Assembly (NCBI GenBank): GCA_964236955.1
Contig: CAXSGP010000001.1
Span: 1-53,900, forward strand
Direction: 5' to 3'
Source of the DNA: an uncultured Oligoflexus sp.
GTDB lineage: Bacteria > Bdellovibrionota_B > Oligoflexia > Oligoflexales > Oligoflexaceae
Length of the DNA: 53,900 nucleotides
This document shows positions 1-10,254 of this stretch, piece after piece. Each line of letters opens with the position of its first letter. Position 1 is the first letter of the stretch. Made by a program: the position numbers and the translations under genes. Under the pieces are notes generated by a model that ran no database searches, was not told where the DNA came from, and was given only the letters and a program-made list of their open reading frames with translations.

Positions 1-994
1 TGGCGGCGCTATCGCCAATGATGTGCATGGCAAAAACCATCTGAGGCGCGGCTCGATTGGCTGTCACATTCTTGAACTTGAGCTGATGCGCAGCAACGGT
101 GAACACCTCCAATGCTCGCGAGCCCAGGAAGAAGGACTCTTTCGCGCGACAATAGGCGGGCTCGGCCTCACCGGGATCATACTATCCTGCACGATCCAGT
201 TGATTCCCATTGAATCGGTCTGGATCGATACTGAAACGATCAAGACCACCAGCATTGATGAATTCTTTGAAATCGACGACACTTCGGCCAGTGATTACGA
301 ATATTCCGCCGCCTGGATCGATTGCATGGCAACGGGCATTCACGAGGGCCGTGGCCTCTACATGCGCGGCAATCACGCGAAAGGCCATGATATCCGCCAG
401 GACTATCAGCCGCCAAGTGGTCCGCTGTTTACAGTTCCCTTCGACGCCCCCGGCATCAGCCTCAATAAACTGACCCTCAAAGCCTTCAACAAAGCCTTCT
501 ACAACAAACAGATATCGAAACTGAAAATGGAGAGACTATCCTTCGATCGCTTTTTCTACCAGCTTGATGCAATCGGCGATTGGAATCGATTATATGGAAA
601 AAAAGGCCTGCTCCAGTATCAGTGCGTGGTCCCGCTTCATAAGATTGAACCGCTCAAAAAAATATTCGGGATTGTGGCAAAGTCCCGCCACGCATCTTAT
701 CTGGCGGTATTAAAACGCTTCGGAAGTATTCGCTCTCCGGGAATGCTTTCCTTTCCTATCGAAGGCTATACCTTGAGCCTTGACTTCCGCAATGCCGGCC
801 CTGCCCAAAACGAACTTTTCAGCGAACTCGATAAAATCGTTTCGCAAGCCGGCGGACGACTCTATCCGGCCAAGGATTCACGGATGAGCGCCCTGACCTT
901 TCAAACTTCGTATCCTGATTGGACTGAATTCGAGCGTTTTGTCGATCCCTTATTTCGATCGATGTTCTGGGAAAGGGTTAGTACACGTGGATGA
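1..994 (+). CDS. FAD-binding oxidoreductase, DprE1-like (polyprenyl-phosphoribose 2'-oxidase); 5' end outside window
   Basis: Frame open from base 2, reading GGAIANDVHGKNH; also GGLGLTG, W..LYG..G..QYQ, LKRFG, LSFP.EGYTL.LDF, GGRLYPAKDSR; followed by an SDR as in dprE1-dprE2 pairs. Confidence 0.85.
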   Translation, partial: GGAIANDVHGKNHLRRGSIGCHILELELMRSNGEHLQCSRAQEEGLFRATIGGLGLTGIILSCTIQLIPIESVWIDTETIKTTSIDEFFEIDDTSASDYEYSAAWIDCMATGIHEGRGLYMRGNHAKGHDIRQDYQPPSGPLFTVPFDAPGISLNKLTLKAFNKAFYNKQISKLKMERLSFDRFFYQLDAIGDWNRLYGKKGLLQYQCVVPLHKIEPLKKIFGIVAKSRHASYLAVLKRFGSIRSPGMLSFPIEGYTLSLDFRNAGPAQNELFSELDKIVSQAGGRLYPAKDSRMSALTFQTSYPDWTEFERFVDPLFRSMFWERVSTRG

Positions 995-1826
995 ATTAAG
1001 AACCCCCGATGAATTGCGTACGGGATCGCCCTTCTCGAAGATCAGGAAGAGGCATCGGACAGAGGACAAAGACACAGTTAAAAAGACTCCGCATCATGTG
1101 ATGATTTTTGGTGCGAGTTCGGGAATCGCTGTGGAGTTTGCACGGCCTTTTGCCAATCGGAAAGCCCGCTTCACATTGATTGCCCGTGACGAGGATAAGC
1201 TGAAAGACATCAGCGCCGATCTCTATACCCGAGGCGCAAAAAACGTCGCAATCGTAACCTATTCCCTGGATGCCCTCGAGGGGAGCTACGCCGCAACCCG
1301 GGAAATCATCAAGCAAACCGATTCACCCGACACTGTTCTCATTGCCCATGGAATTCTCGGCGACACCGATCAACTTCTAAGAATCCCGTCGGAGATGGAC
1401 CTGCTTTACAGGGTCAATGTTCTCTCGCCCATAGGCATTCTCATGGCCCTGGAAGAATTCATGGGAGCCAGAAAGCGCGGAACGATTGCCGTTATATCAA
1501 GTGTGGCCGGTGACCGGGGACGCGCCTCTAACTTTGCCTATGGTAGCAGCAAAGCCGCCCTCAGTGTATTTGTCTCGGGACTGCGGGCCCGCCTCGCGCC
1601 CCAGGGCGTCTATGTCCTGACTGTGAAACCCGGGCTGGTAGCTACGCCGATGACCGAACATCTCCCGCGCTCCCGCCTTATGGTTCACCCAAGGTCCGTT
1701 GCCAAAGACATCATTGCTGCGATCGCGCGAAAAAAGCCGGTAATCTATAGCCCCTCTTATTGGCGTTGGATTATGTATGTCGTCAGCCACCTTCCCGAAA
1801 CTCTTTTGAACCGCCTAAAATTCTAG
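987..1826 (+). CDS. Short-chain dehydrogenase/reductase, DprE2-like
   Basis: GASSGIA Rossmann motif, SSVAGDRGRASNFAYGSSKA (YxxxK), VKPG; GTG start at 987 overlaps the upstream gene end; start uncertain. Confidence 0.85.
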   Translation: MDELRTPDELRTGSPFSKIRKRHRTEDKDTVKKTPHHVMIFGASSGIAVEFARPFANRKARFTLIARDEDKLKDISADLYTRGAKNVAIVTYSLDALEGSYAATREIIKQTDSPDTVLIAHGILGDTDQLLRIPSEMDLLYRVNVLSPIGILMALEEFMGARKRGTIAVISSVAGDRGRASNFAYGSSKAALSVFVSGLRARLAPQGVYVLTVKPGLVATPMTEHLPRSRLMVHPRSVAKDIIAAIARKKPVIYSPSYWRWIMYVVSHLPETLLNRLKF

Positions 1827-1873
1827 CGTGAGACCAGCGCCACGCTGATCCTTAGCGTGGCCCTTGGCTGTCA

Positions 1874-3007
1874 TTAGACTCGATTGGGGACTATTCTTTC
1901 GACTTTTGGCTCAGGATTTAACTGCGGATTAGCCTGAATAATCGTGGTGGGACCAGGACAGGAGAACTTGGCTCCAATCTCCTCACAGCGTTGGTAGAGT
2001 TCAACAAGGATACGCTGCTGGGTATCCATGAAGAGGTTATAGTCAGCGTTCAGCATCGTGTAAACGACTTCAAATTCAAGTGAATTGGAGCCAAGCTTGG
2101 CAAAATGTGCACGATCAAAACGCACGTCCTTTTGGGCTTTGACGATCTCGGTAACAATTCTCGGAACGCGCTCCAGATTTTCCACAGTCGTGCCATATGC
2201 CAATTCAAAACGAAAAACCGCCCGCCGCTCCTGCATGCGTTTGAAATTTTGAATATAGCCGTCGATGAGTTTTTTATTGGGGAATACCAATTGCTCGCCC
2301 GAAATGGAGCGGATGCGGCTGGTCTTGAGTCCAATCGATTCCACCGTGCCCGACTTGTCCTCGACCACGATGAAATCACCAACCTCAAATGGCCCGTCAA
2401 GCACGATGGTAAGGGAAGCGAAGATATCGCCAAGAATATTCTGAACGGCCAGGGCGATTGCAATACCACCAATCCCGAGGCCTGTTACGAGGGCTGTGAT
2501 GTTGACACCAAGATTATCGAGCAAGAGAAGAAAGAGAATGGTCCACAAAAGAAATTTTGCCGTGATATCGATCGCACTATAGGTCGCCAAATTGTCGACT
2601 TTATCATCTTTTTGCCCGTATCTTTTCGATAGGTATCGGCCGAGGAGAAAGGTGAGTACTTCATTGCCCCAAAGGGCACCCTGAAAAAAGGTGGTGACGA
2701 CCATGATCTTATAGAGAAGCACCATCGCTTTGGAATCAGCCCCCATCACCGATGATGACAGATAAAGGCTGACCATGAATAGAAAGAGACCATGGGTCCG
2801 GTCTATGATACGACCGAGGATATCGTCCCAGTGGGTATTGGTCCTAAGAGCGACCCTTGAAATCTTTTTACCGAAGCGCTTCTTAAGGAAACTAAGTCCC
2901 GTCCAAACAATAAATGTTAATCCTAAAATCATAGCCCATTCGAACAATGTTACTCCTAGGTATTGAGAATCCCTAAACTTTTCGCTCGCTTCATTGAACC
3001 ATGTCAT
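1874..3007 (-). CDS. mscS: Small-conductance mechanosensitive channel (MscS family)
   Basis: LVTGLGIGGIAIALAVQNILGDIFAS, PFEVGDFI, GTVESIGLKTSRIRSISGEQLVFPN; several N-terminal TM helices. Confidence 0.92.
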   Translation of the reverse strand: MTWFNEASEKFRDSQYLGVTLFEWAMILGLTFIVWTGLSFLKKRFGKKISRVALRTNTHWDDILGRIIDRTHGLFLFMVSLYLSSSVMGADSKAMVLLYKIMVVTTFFQGALWGNEVLTFLLGRYLSKRYGQKDDKVDNLATYSAIDITAKFLLWTILFLLLLDNLGVNITALVTGLGIGGIAIALAVQNILGDIFASLTIVLDGPFEVGDFIVVEDKSGTVESIGLKTSRIRSISGEQLVFPNKKLIDGYIQNFKRMQERRAVFRFELAYGTTVENLERVPRIVTEIVKAQKDVRFDRAHFAKLGSNSLEFEVVYTMLNADYNLFMDTQQRILVELYQRCEEIGAKFSCPGPTTIIQANPQLNPEPKVERIVPNRV

Positions 3008-3502
3008 GCAACGCTCCTAAATAATCGAACCACCCAGCTTGTAATAGTAATAAGGCGAAGACGCAGAGTTCAAGGCACAATTGACCTTGAATTCAAAAAC
3101 CTATGGCAAATCCCACAGCTATTCTATTTCTCTGTATCAAACCTGATGGTACCGGCGTCGCATCCAGGCGTTGTCCCAATCCAGGAAATTCATCGTAAGC
3201 TTGGTTTTTCCTATGAAATGGCGTTGCGATCCCCGCTCTCCGCTGTTTTTTTTCCAGAATTCTCTTACATGCCATTCAAACCCCTCGCGAAAGAAAGCCT
3301 CAAATTGTTAGCGTACACCTGCAAGTTTTTATTCTAAGCTCCCGGCATGTTATCAACTCTTTCCGGCTGGGCCAGGCTCCGCAATGATTTGAATGCAAAA
3401 TTATACTTTGACCGAGAGGATGGAGATTGATATTCAGGAATTCTAGAAAGATCGAATCCTGTCGCCCAACGCCTGAATAAGATCTCTAGAGAGGGTTATT
3501 GA

Positions 3503-4777
3503 ATGACTGATCGCACTGCTATAAAGGCCATTGTTGGCCTTTCTATGATTTCATCACAGGCATTTTCAAATGTGTTCGACAATTACGGTCAGAGCGCGGG
3601 TACTATTGCCATAGGCAATGCAACCAGCGCTGGTGGGACCCAAGCGTTTTCGGCGTATACGAACCCCGCCCTTTTAGTCAGAGCTAAAAAGAACGAAATC
3701 AGTGTCCAAGCGATCGTTACCCAATTCAATCTGGAAGATCTACCAGAGGCGGCAGACAGCCCACTACCTCCCGACCGAGATCGCGCTTCGGATGCCGATT
3801 CACTCAAAGGCAACAGCATCGGCATGAATCTTACGCTGCGCGAGGGCCTTCATGTCGGCCTCGCCGCTTACATGCCCGAGGGCAGCTTTGGTCGAATCAA
3901 AGGCGTCTCGTCCTACCAAAGCACCTATCTTCGATTCAATGAAAATCAAGGCAAACCAGCGCTATTTACCGCCCTTGGAATTGAGCTTCCTGCGGGCTTT
4001 AGTATAGGCCTAGGTGCGTATTACACCTTACGTGCCAAAGGTATTTTGCAGATCGCCTTGACTCCAGACGAAAGCGAGGGTCGCATCGACCTTAATATGC
4101 AGCCTGTCGTTGCCCCTTACGGTGGGCTGGCTTGGACTGGCGAGCTGGGAACGGTCGGGCTGGTCTATCGGGAGGCGCAAAAAACGGATTCGAAGATTGA
4201 TTCCGGCTTTTCATTGACGAATAGCACCTTCGCTCTGCCAATAAATGCCAATACAAGTCTGGTGCCCTTCTACGATCCCGGGATCTTGCGTTTCGGTGTT
4301 GCCACGACGCTGCATGATGTTGAGATATTATTGAGCTTTGAACAAGCGCAATGGGCTCGATTTAAAGCCCCGTTGGTGACCCTCTCAGGCAACGATGTAG
4401 CGGCTCTATCGGCACTGTCTCCAGCCAGCAACGGCAACCTTCGAGACACGCAGGCCTATCGGATAGGTGCTATTGTCCCCTTCGATGGACCCATGGACCA
4501 ATCGTTGGAATTTCGTAGCGGCCTAGAAATAAACAAGTCCGCAAATCGTCCCCATACCCGGACTTCGGTCGTCGATCCGGCTCGCCAATCTTTGGCCGCA
4601 GGTTTAAACTGGCAATGGAAAGCCGATGAAGGTGGCCGTCGGCTCACGCTCGAGACAGCCTATCAGTACAGCCGTCTATCACGCTTAGATCGTGTAAGTG
4701 CCCGTGGCGCTGCTATTCACCTGGGATCAGGTCATTCTCTCCAAACTTTTGTCGGAGGACTCGACTATGAGCTTTAA
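3503..4777 (+). CDS. FadL/OmpP1/TodX-family outer-membrane beta-barrel (hydrophobic compound uptake)
   Basis: Signal peptide (..SSQAFS); hatch-like N-terminus YGQSAGTIAIGNATSA..SAYTNPALL with NPA motif; amphipathic strands; C-terminal beta-signal FVGGLDYEL; SD GAGAGGG. Confidence 0.75.
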   Translation: MTDRTAIKAIVGLSMISSQAFSNVFDNYGQSAGTIAIGNATSAGGTQAFSAYTNPALLVRAKKNEISVQAIVTQFNLEDLPEAADSPLPPDRDRASDADSLKGNSIGMNLTLREGLHVGLAAYMPEGSFGRIKGVSSYQSTYLRFNENQGKPALFTALGIELPAGFSIGLGAYYTLRAKGILQIALTPDESEGRIDLNMQPVVAPYGGLAWTGELGTVGLVYREAQKTDSKIDSGFSLTNSTFALPINANTSLVPFYDPGILRFGVATTLHDVEILLSFEQAQWARFKAPLVTLSGNDVAALSALSPASNGNLRDTQAYRIGAIVPFDGPMDQSLEFRSGLEINKSANRPHTRTSVVDPARQSLAAGLNWQWKADEGGRRLTLETAYQYSRLSRLDRVSARGAAIHLGSGHSLQTFVGGLDYEL

Positions 4778-7700
4778 GCAGACCATCGGCTGGCTCGGCT
4801 TGATGTTTTTGGTGTCGGGCTGCTGGGGAGGCGGATCAGAGACCAAGAATAAAGCTGATTTTGGCTTTTTTAAGACTCCCGGTGCAGCCGAAGCCTGCGT
4901 GAGCTCTAATGTCTCGCAGTGGGAAATGACGGGCAAATTTCTGCATAGTTTTTTGGGATGTGCTTCAAACCGCAGTGCCGATGGCGCAGAAACCTTAAGC
5001 GGTTTACAGAATCTCCTCGCCCAACTCGATGAAAATAAACTGCAAGAGCTTTTAGATTTTCTTCTGACCGTCAATCCAAAGGGTACCACTCACGAGGAGC
5101 GATATCCCTATCTCCTGGCAGCCTCAACCCTACTCGATCGCGGCCTGGTCGAAGGCCGTATCAATGGCCTGAATCTGACCAACGAAAGGCTTGAGACACT
5201 TCAGGATTTTCTGGTCTCCTTTGATGCCAGCAAAAGTCAGCATATAATCAGCAGCTGGTCCCGTAGCGGTCACCTAGCCGAAGTCCTTGATGAGCTTGGA
5301 GCTTTTATCGATCAGCTCCAGGATAATAGCCTGGAATCGGCAACGCACGAGCTGCTTTCCGGTGGGATTCTTAAGCCTGATTTCCTCTACCTGTCACGCC
5401 GCGTCCTAAAAGAGGATTTATTATTTAGCAATCTCAGCGACAGCCTTGCCAAAAGGCGGGCTCGCGCCCTGACTTCGTCTGAGCAGACGCGATTGCTGGC
5501 GCCTTATCGAGAGGCGCTTACTGCCAGCGATAGCCAGGCACTCGCGGTCAATCCGGTCGAAGGAGCAATCGAAACAACAGCCCTGAAGGCCTTTGCAGAT
5601 AAACATACGCAATACACGCCAACCGTATTGCAAGGGCTAAACTCGGTCTTGCTTTCTTACTGGCAGTCTTATCAAAAGTTGAGCGAGATTGAGCGATTGA
5701 GTCTGGATGGACGCTTTGCCTCAGCAATGAGCAGCATACTTGGCCAGCAGGCCCATTCGGTCAAATGGTTATTAGCCCTTCTAAGGGATGCGGACACGCT
5801 TAAAGCCAAGGATCTCGATCGTATCACTTATGCGGTTGATCAGTTGGTCCTGGAGGGGAATAACCTTTCCCTCGAAGCCATTCGCGCCAAAGCTGGAGCC
5901 AGCAAACTCACCTATCAGCTGCAGGTGATGCTGAGTCAGGGGGCTAAGGTTCCAAACTGCTCTTATTTCGATCAAGCGGTACTCACGAGCGACAGTGATT
6001 TTAATTCCTATGCCGAAGTTCTCAACAGGCTGAGCACTCCCCAGGCAAGCTGTGGGGGTCGCATTCCCCTCGTGGCTGCCATTGAGTTTATAACGGGTGC
6101 CACCATCAGCGCGAGTTGCGACAATCAACCTGTGTGCCTCGCTGAAACCAGCCCCCTCTCGACGAGCCAGGACCTATGGGCCGGCGCCGCTCCAAATCCA
6201 GACCTTACCAAAAAATTGGCGCTTGATAGCCTACGACGCTTACAAGCTCTTACTCTTGACGATCCCTATGCTCTTTATAACCTTCAGTTTGCAAAGGATC
6301 GCGTCGAGCCCAAGATTCTGGCTGAGCTTGAGAAAAGGCTGATCGATGCCGACGACTGGTCCTTGAACGGCCTCGCCAGTCTTGACGAAGCGATCAGCGA
6401 ACAATTTGCGGATAGTCTGCAAAAGGATTTTCTGGAAAAGCTGCTCACCTATCGCATCGAAGCGTTGACCAGCCAGAGCCATCAATTTGCTGACCTCGCA
6501 CCTGACCAGGCAGAGGAAATCGATAGCGAACTTGAGCGGCGCAGCAGTCGAATATTCGCTGGTCTCTATTCCGATGGACCGGTCGAAGCCCTGTTCGGGA
6601 AAAAATTTGCGCTTTCGCAATTTGCCTCCACCTTTAACGCGGACCAGCAGGATGTGAAGGCTTATCTTGAATCGCACCCCAGTGTCTGGAGTCGCATCGT
6701 ATATAAATCCAAACAAGCCGATGGAATTTTCCGATCGCCAAGCATGGGCTCCTTATCGGGCGAAGACTCTGTTACGTTCTCCGGCATGGGGAGCTCACTC
6801 CGCAATTATCTGGGATTTAACAGCGAAGAAGGGCCGGCCACTAGCCTTCAGGCCATCATCAATGAGTCTTCGCGCCATCGTATCATTCAGCCTCTTCAGG
6901 CCACACGCGCCTTTGCCGATGATGAGCAGGGGCGTAGCTCTTGGGCCCTTTGGATGCAGCACTATGCAAGTGGTCCGCTCACTGTCAAAGACGTTCCCGT
7001 CGCGCTGGCCGCCAAGCTCCAGGACTGGTATCTGCAAAGTTTTATTCCCACGGTCAGCGGCGATGCCTTCTGGCCCGAACTTCAGGCTCAGTCCCAGCTT
7101 GCGTTGCCCAGCGGCCTCGGCGTCGAGTTCTTTGATGTCGAGCCTTATACGCAGACTGAGGCCCGCCTCATCAGTTCCTATTATTTCAAACAATATCAAA
7201 AACCCAGCCAGCTACTGCCCTTACCGCCTGAAGTTGCCTTCGGCAGGAGTTCAAGTCCCAAGTCCGACCTCACGGCATTTGCCAATCCTATAAGCGGTTT
7301 TCTCAGTCTTTCCTACCTTGTCAAAGACGACTATGAATCGCAATACGCGGCCTATGCAAAAGCCTTCCCAAAAGTGCTGAATACGGCGCATAAAATCAGC
7401 GAACTAAAAGCCGCGATTCTTCCCGACCTCGCGACATTTCAGACGAAATCAGCTGATTGGAACTTTGGGGAACTGGCGCAGGTGAACGACATCGCTCGTC
7501 TGCCGGTGGATACAGCAAGCCCGATGGCTTTGCTTTCAAGTCTTGATCTTCTGACTTTTTCCAAACCGCAGAGCAAATTCCTCCCGCAATCGCTTGTGGG
7601 TTTTTACGGCAAGTTATGCCGATCGAAAGCCAAAGACCCGGCCCATCCCACCGTCTGGATAGAAAATCCTCAGGCATGTCCCCTCGACTTTCAGGGCGCA

Positions 7701-9407
7701 ACAGAAGAAGAAGCTTACAACAAGTTTCGCGAATATATAAGTACCGTCGCCATTCAGTCCTTTTGCCCCTTCCTTGCGACCGATACCTTTGGTCCCCACG
7801 AGCTTTGGAGCGAACGCCTGGGCCTGGCTTTAGATAGTCCCATACTCTGTAAACAACCAAGCAGTCTTCCGGCGTTGGCAGCCTATCGCTTTCCGACCTG
7901 GCACAGTGCCCAGGTTTTAAATGATATTTTCATGATGGGGCGTAAAGCCAGCCTTAAGGCCGGCCTGGTTCAGATTCCAAGCGCCATGCGCTTTTATAAG
8001 CTAAAACATCAAGAATTGACCGGCGAGCATTTTGCTGCTGAATGGTTACAGCAAAGCAAAGGCGTCTGGAGCGAAAAAAACGCGACCAATCAAAGACGGC
8101 GAGAATTTTTCGCCGGTGGATTTTGGGTTGGCTCTCCGAACCTACTCAATAGCTATTTAAATCTCCTGAGTCAGCATGTTGACTCCTATACCTGGCGCAA
8201 CGTTCTTATTGCCTTTGCGGAAAAAGACGCGAAGGGTGTGACCAAAGATATTCTGCGCGATCTGCTTCGGGAATGGAGCAGTCAGCAGAAAATGGCCGCT
8301 GCGGCGGACGAAACGGCCGTTACTTTTGCCCTTAAGCTTTTTGATGTGGTCGCCGAGAATCCAGAATACCGGCGCTTTATTGCCAACTTCCTGACCGACC
8401 TCAACAGTTCGGAAGCCTACGATTTTTACTCCAATGAATTGCCTTTAGCTACGATCCAGCTATTTCCTCCCGACCTTAATCCCTTTGACTGGAAGGATCC
8501 GGGACTCAGTTTTGCCAAATATTTTGCTCAGCATACCACCTTAAGAAGCTGGCAAGTCCTTGGCGAGAGCTTCAACCCGCAGGAAGTCGATCGATTCATC
8601 GATCAGACTCATTTATCATTGCGTTCGATTGCCGAATTGGGGGACAGGGCCGGACTCCTGGCAAAGCTATCCTCAGAAGCGGTAGAGCTTGCCACACTCT
8701 ATCTCCCCGACGATGCTACACATTTAACAGAGCGATTTGAAACTCTGGCCTCGACCTGGAACCACATTTCCCTAGGCCAGCCATTCCGTAGGCAATGGGC
8801 TTCGGTGGTAAGCAAATTGTCCGAACCTTTGCAGGGTTTCAACGGCGAAAACACTTTGACGGGTGAAGTGGTCCTCGAAAATTTCCTGACAGGAATCATC
8901 AAGCGTGGGCCCCTACTATTGCATAGCATTCAAGAGGCAAGCGCATTTGAAGAGCCTTTGTTTTGGCGTAATTGGGCTGATTCGATTCTAAATTCTGTTG
9001 CCGACCATAGCGATGGCGCAGCCGCCCTGGCCAACTTTCTGCATCAAAAACGCCTTGATTTCGATAGCGGCAATCTTTGGGTGGGGCTGCTTCATCCCGG
9101 GGACCTGCAGGCTAAAGCGGTGCTCGCCATCAAGGCTGTCGACAGCGTACCCGAGACCATTTGGCGAGCGGCACTCAATGAGGAAGCTCAACTGTCGGCT
9201 CGACTCGTTAGAGCCTTCGACTTTCTTAGGTCGCATATCATTTGGAAAGTTGATCCTGAACATAACGCCTTTAGTATCGCTCTCGATCAGCTTTACGAAT
9301 TGAGCCGAGACGAGACTCTACGCAACAAACAGCTCGAAGTTGTTAAGCTTTGGCTTAAAGGCGAAACACCGCCCGACAGCCAAAGTGAAAGCAATCGATC
9401 ATATTAG
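4767..9407 (+). CDS. Giant (~1546 aa) lipoprotein of unknown function, apparently helix-rich
   Basis: ATG at 4767 overlaps the end of the FadL-like gene; MSFKQTIGWLGLMFLVSG-C lipobox; long uninterrupted ORF with no recognised catalytic motif. Confidence 0.8.
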   Translation: MSFKQTIGWLGLMFLVSGCWGGGSETKNKADFGFFKTPGAAEACVSSNVSQWEMTGKFLHSFLGCASNRSADGAETLSGLQNLLAQLDENKLQELLDFLLTVNPKGTTHEERYPYLLAASTLLDRGLVEGRINGLNLTNERLETLQDFLVSFDASKSQHIISSWSRSGHLAEVLDELGAFIDQLQDNSLESATHELLSGGILKPDFLYLSRRVLKEDLLFSNLSDSLAKRRARALTSSEQTRLLAPYREALTASDSQALAVNPVEGAIETTALKAFADKHTQYTPTVLQGLNSVLLSYWQSYQKLSEIERLSLDGRFASAMSSILGQQAHSVKWLLALLRDADTLKAKDLDRITYAVDQLVLEGNNLSLEAIRAKAGASKLTYQLQVMLSQGAKVPNCSYFDQAVLTSDSDFNSYAEVLNRLSTPQASCGGRIPLVAAIEFITGATISASCDNQPVCLAETSPLSTSQDLWAGAAPNPDLTKKLALDSLRRLQALTLDDPYALYNLQFAKDRVEPKILAELEKRLIDADDWSLNGLASLDEAISEQFADSLQKDFLEKLLTYRIEALTSQSHQFADLAPDQAEEIDSELERRSSRIFAGLYSDGPVEALFGKKFALSQFASTFNADQQDVKAYLESHPSVWSRIVYKSKQADGIFRSPSMGSLSGEDSVTFSGMGSSLRNYLGFNSEEGPATSLQAIINESSRHRIIQPLQATRAFADDEQGRSSWALWMQHYASGPLTVKDVPVALAAKLQDWYLQSFIPTVSGDAFWPELQAQSQLALPSGLGVEFFDVEPYTQTEARLISSYYFKQYQKPSQLLPLPPEVAFGRSSSPKSDLTAFANPISGFLSLSYLVKDDYESQYAAYAKAFPKVLNTAHKISELKAAILPDLATFQTKSADWNFGELAQVNDIARLPVDTASPMALLSSLDLLTFSKPQSKFLPQSLVGFYGKLCRSKAKDPAHPTVWIENPQACPLDFQGATEEEAYNKFREYISTVAIQSFCPFLATDTFGPHELWSERLGLALDSPILCKQPSSLPALAAYRFPTWHSAQVLNDIFMMGRKASLKAGLVQIPSAMRFYKLKHQELTGEHFAAEWLQQSKGVWSEKNATNQRRREFFAGGFWVGSPNLLNSYLNLLSQHVDSYTWRNVLIAFAEKDAKGVTKDILRDLLREWSSQQKMAAAADETAVTFALKLFDVVAENPEYRRFIANFLTDLNSSEAYDFYSNELPLATIQLFPPDLNPFDWKDPGLSFAKYFAQHTTLRSWQVLGESFNPQEVDRFIDQTHLSLRSIAELGDRAGLLAKLSSEAVELATLYLPDDATHLTERFETLASTWNHISLGQPFRRQWASVVSKLSEPLQGFNGENTLTGEVVLENFLTGIIKRGPLLLHSIQEASAFEEPLFWRNWADSILNSVADHSDGAAALANFLHQKRLDFDSGNLWVGLLHPGDLQAKAVLAIKAVDSVPETIWRAALNEEAQLSARLVRAFDFLRSHIIWKVDPEHNAFSIALDQLYELSRDETLRNKQLEVVKLWLKGETPPDSQSESNRSY

Positions 9408-9443
9408 TAAACCAGGGGATTCATCCTCAAAGAAGGAGTTAAC

Positions 9444-10169
9444 GTGAAAAAATTTATCGCCCTAATTTTTGCCAGTTTCCTCGCTCAAGGCACTTTTGCT
9501 CAGAGCGTAGTAAAAACCGTTCCCGTTCTGCCTCAAGGCTGTGGAGATCAGATCTCAAGCAATGGGCTTTACTGCTCAGCGCGCGTCATCACCGGCGACA
9601 AGACCACTGTTACGTTTGCAGCCGTGGTTTCTAAAGATGCTTTCCCTACCGTGGAATCGATCCTGGCCCGCTATACAAATTTCCCACGTTGGCCCGAATA
9701 TGCAGCGACCTCTCCCGACACTGTGATCGAATTCAAGCGAGCGGGTTCGGTCGCTCTTGAGCCTCTTACCAGCGCTGACGGCGTCGTTACCATGCGTCAC
9801 GTTTACGACTACAGCCTGAAGATTCAGGGCATTCCTTTGCTGAAGCAATCGGTACGTGGGATTACCTACAACACGATCGTTGCCCCTTATAAAGGCGCCC
9901 TCGCCAGCCTTGAATTCGTGGCTCAAACCACAGCGGTTCCTGGCTTTCAAGAAAAACCAAAGGGCCTAAAATCACAAACCGGTAGCATTCACGCCCTCAC
10001 GTGTGATCCTAAGATTCTAGCTGTTTGTGATGATACAAAATGGTTGCTTGTTTATCAGACAACCGTTCAACCTGACGTTTCGTTTGCGATGACGATCGCG
10101 GCTAACACCGTGACAGCCGGCATCGAAGACCTCCTTATCGGTATGCTTGACGAAAGTATTGTCGATTGA
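9444..10169 (+). CDS. Secreted protein, putative START/SRPBCC-like fold
   Basis: SD AAGGAG, GTG start, Sec signal MKKFIALIFASFLAQGTFA; segments YTNFPRWPEY and LVYQTTVQPDVSFAMTIAANTV parallel the downstream SRPBCC protein; fold call is inference. Confidence 0.7.
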   Translation: MKKFIALIFASFLAQGTFAQSVVKTVPVLPQGCGDQISSNGLYCSARVITGDKTTVTFAAVVSKDAFPTVESILARYTNFPRWPEYAATSPDTVIEFKRAGSVALEPLTSADGVVTMRHVYDYSLKIQGIPLLKQSVRGITYNTIVAPYKGALASLEFVAQTTAVPGFQEKPKGLKSQTGSIHALTCDPKILAVCDDTKWLLVYQTTVQPDVSFAMTIAANTVTAGIEDLLIGMLDESIVD

Positions 10170-10254
10170 CCGACTGATGGCTCCCCGTTGCAGTGGTTGT
10201 TGCAGGGCCTCCCGTCGTTGACTCGGATGAATCGCTAAAGTAGAACGCACCTTT

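Noticed and set aside
3066..3094. Inverted repeat GAGTTCAAGG..CCTTGAATTC upstream of mscS
   Set aside because: Single isolated hairpin; cannot distinguish operator from chance
2963..3337. 124-aa + strand ORF upstream of the FadL-like gene
   Set aside because: TTG start inside mscS on the opposite strand, no SD, no recognisable motif; probably promoter DNA
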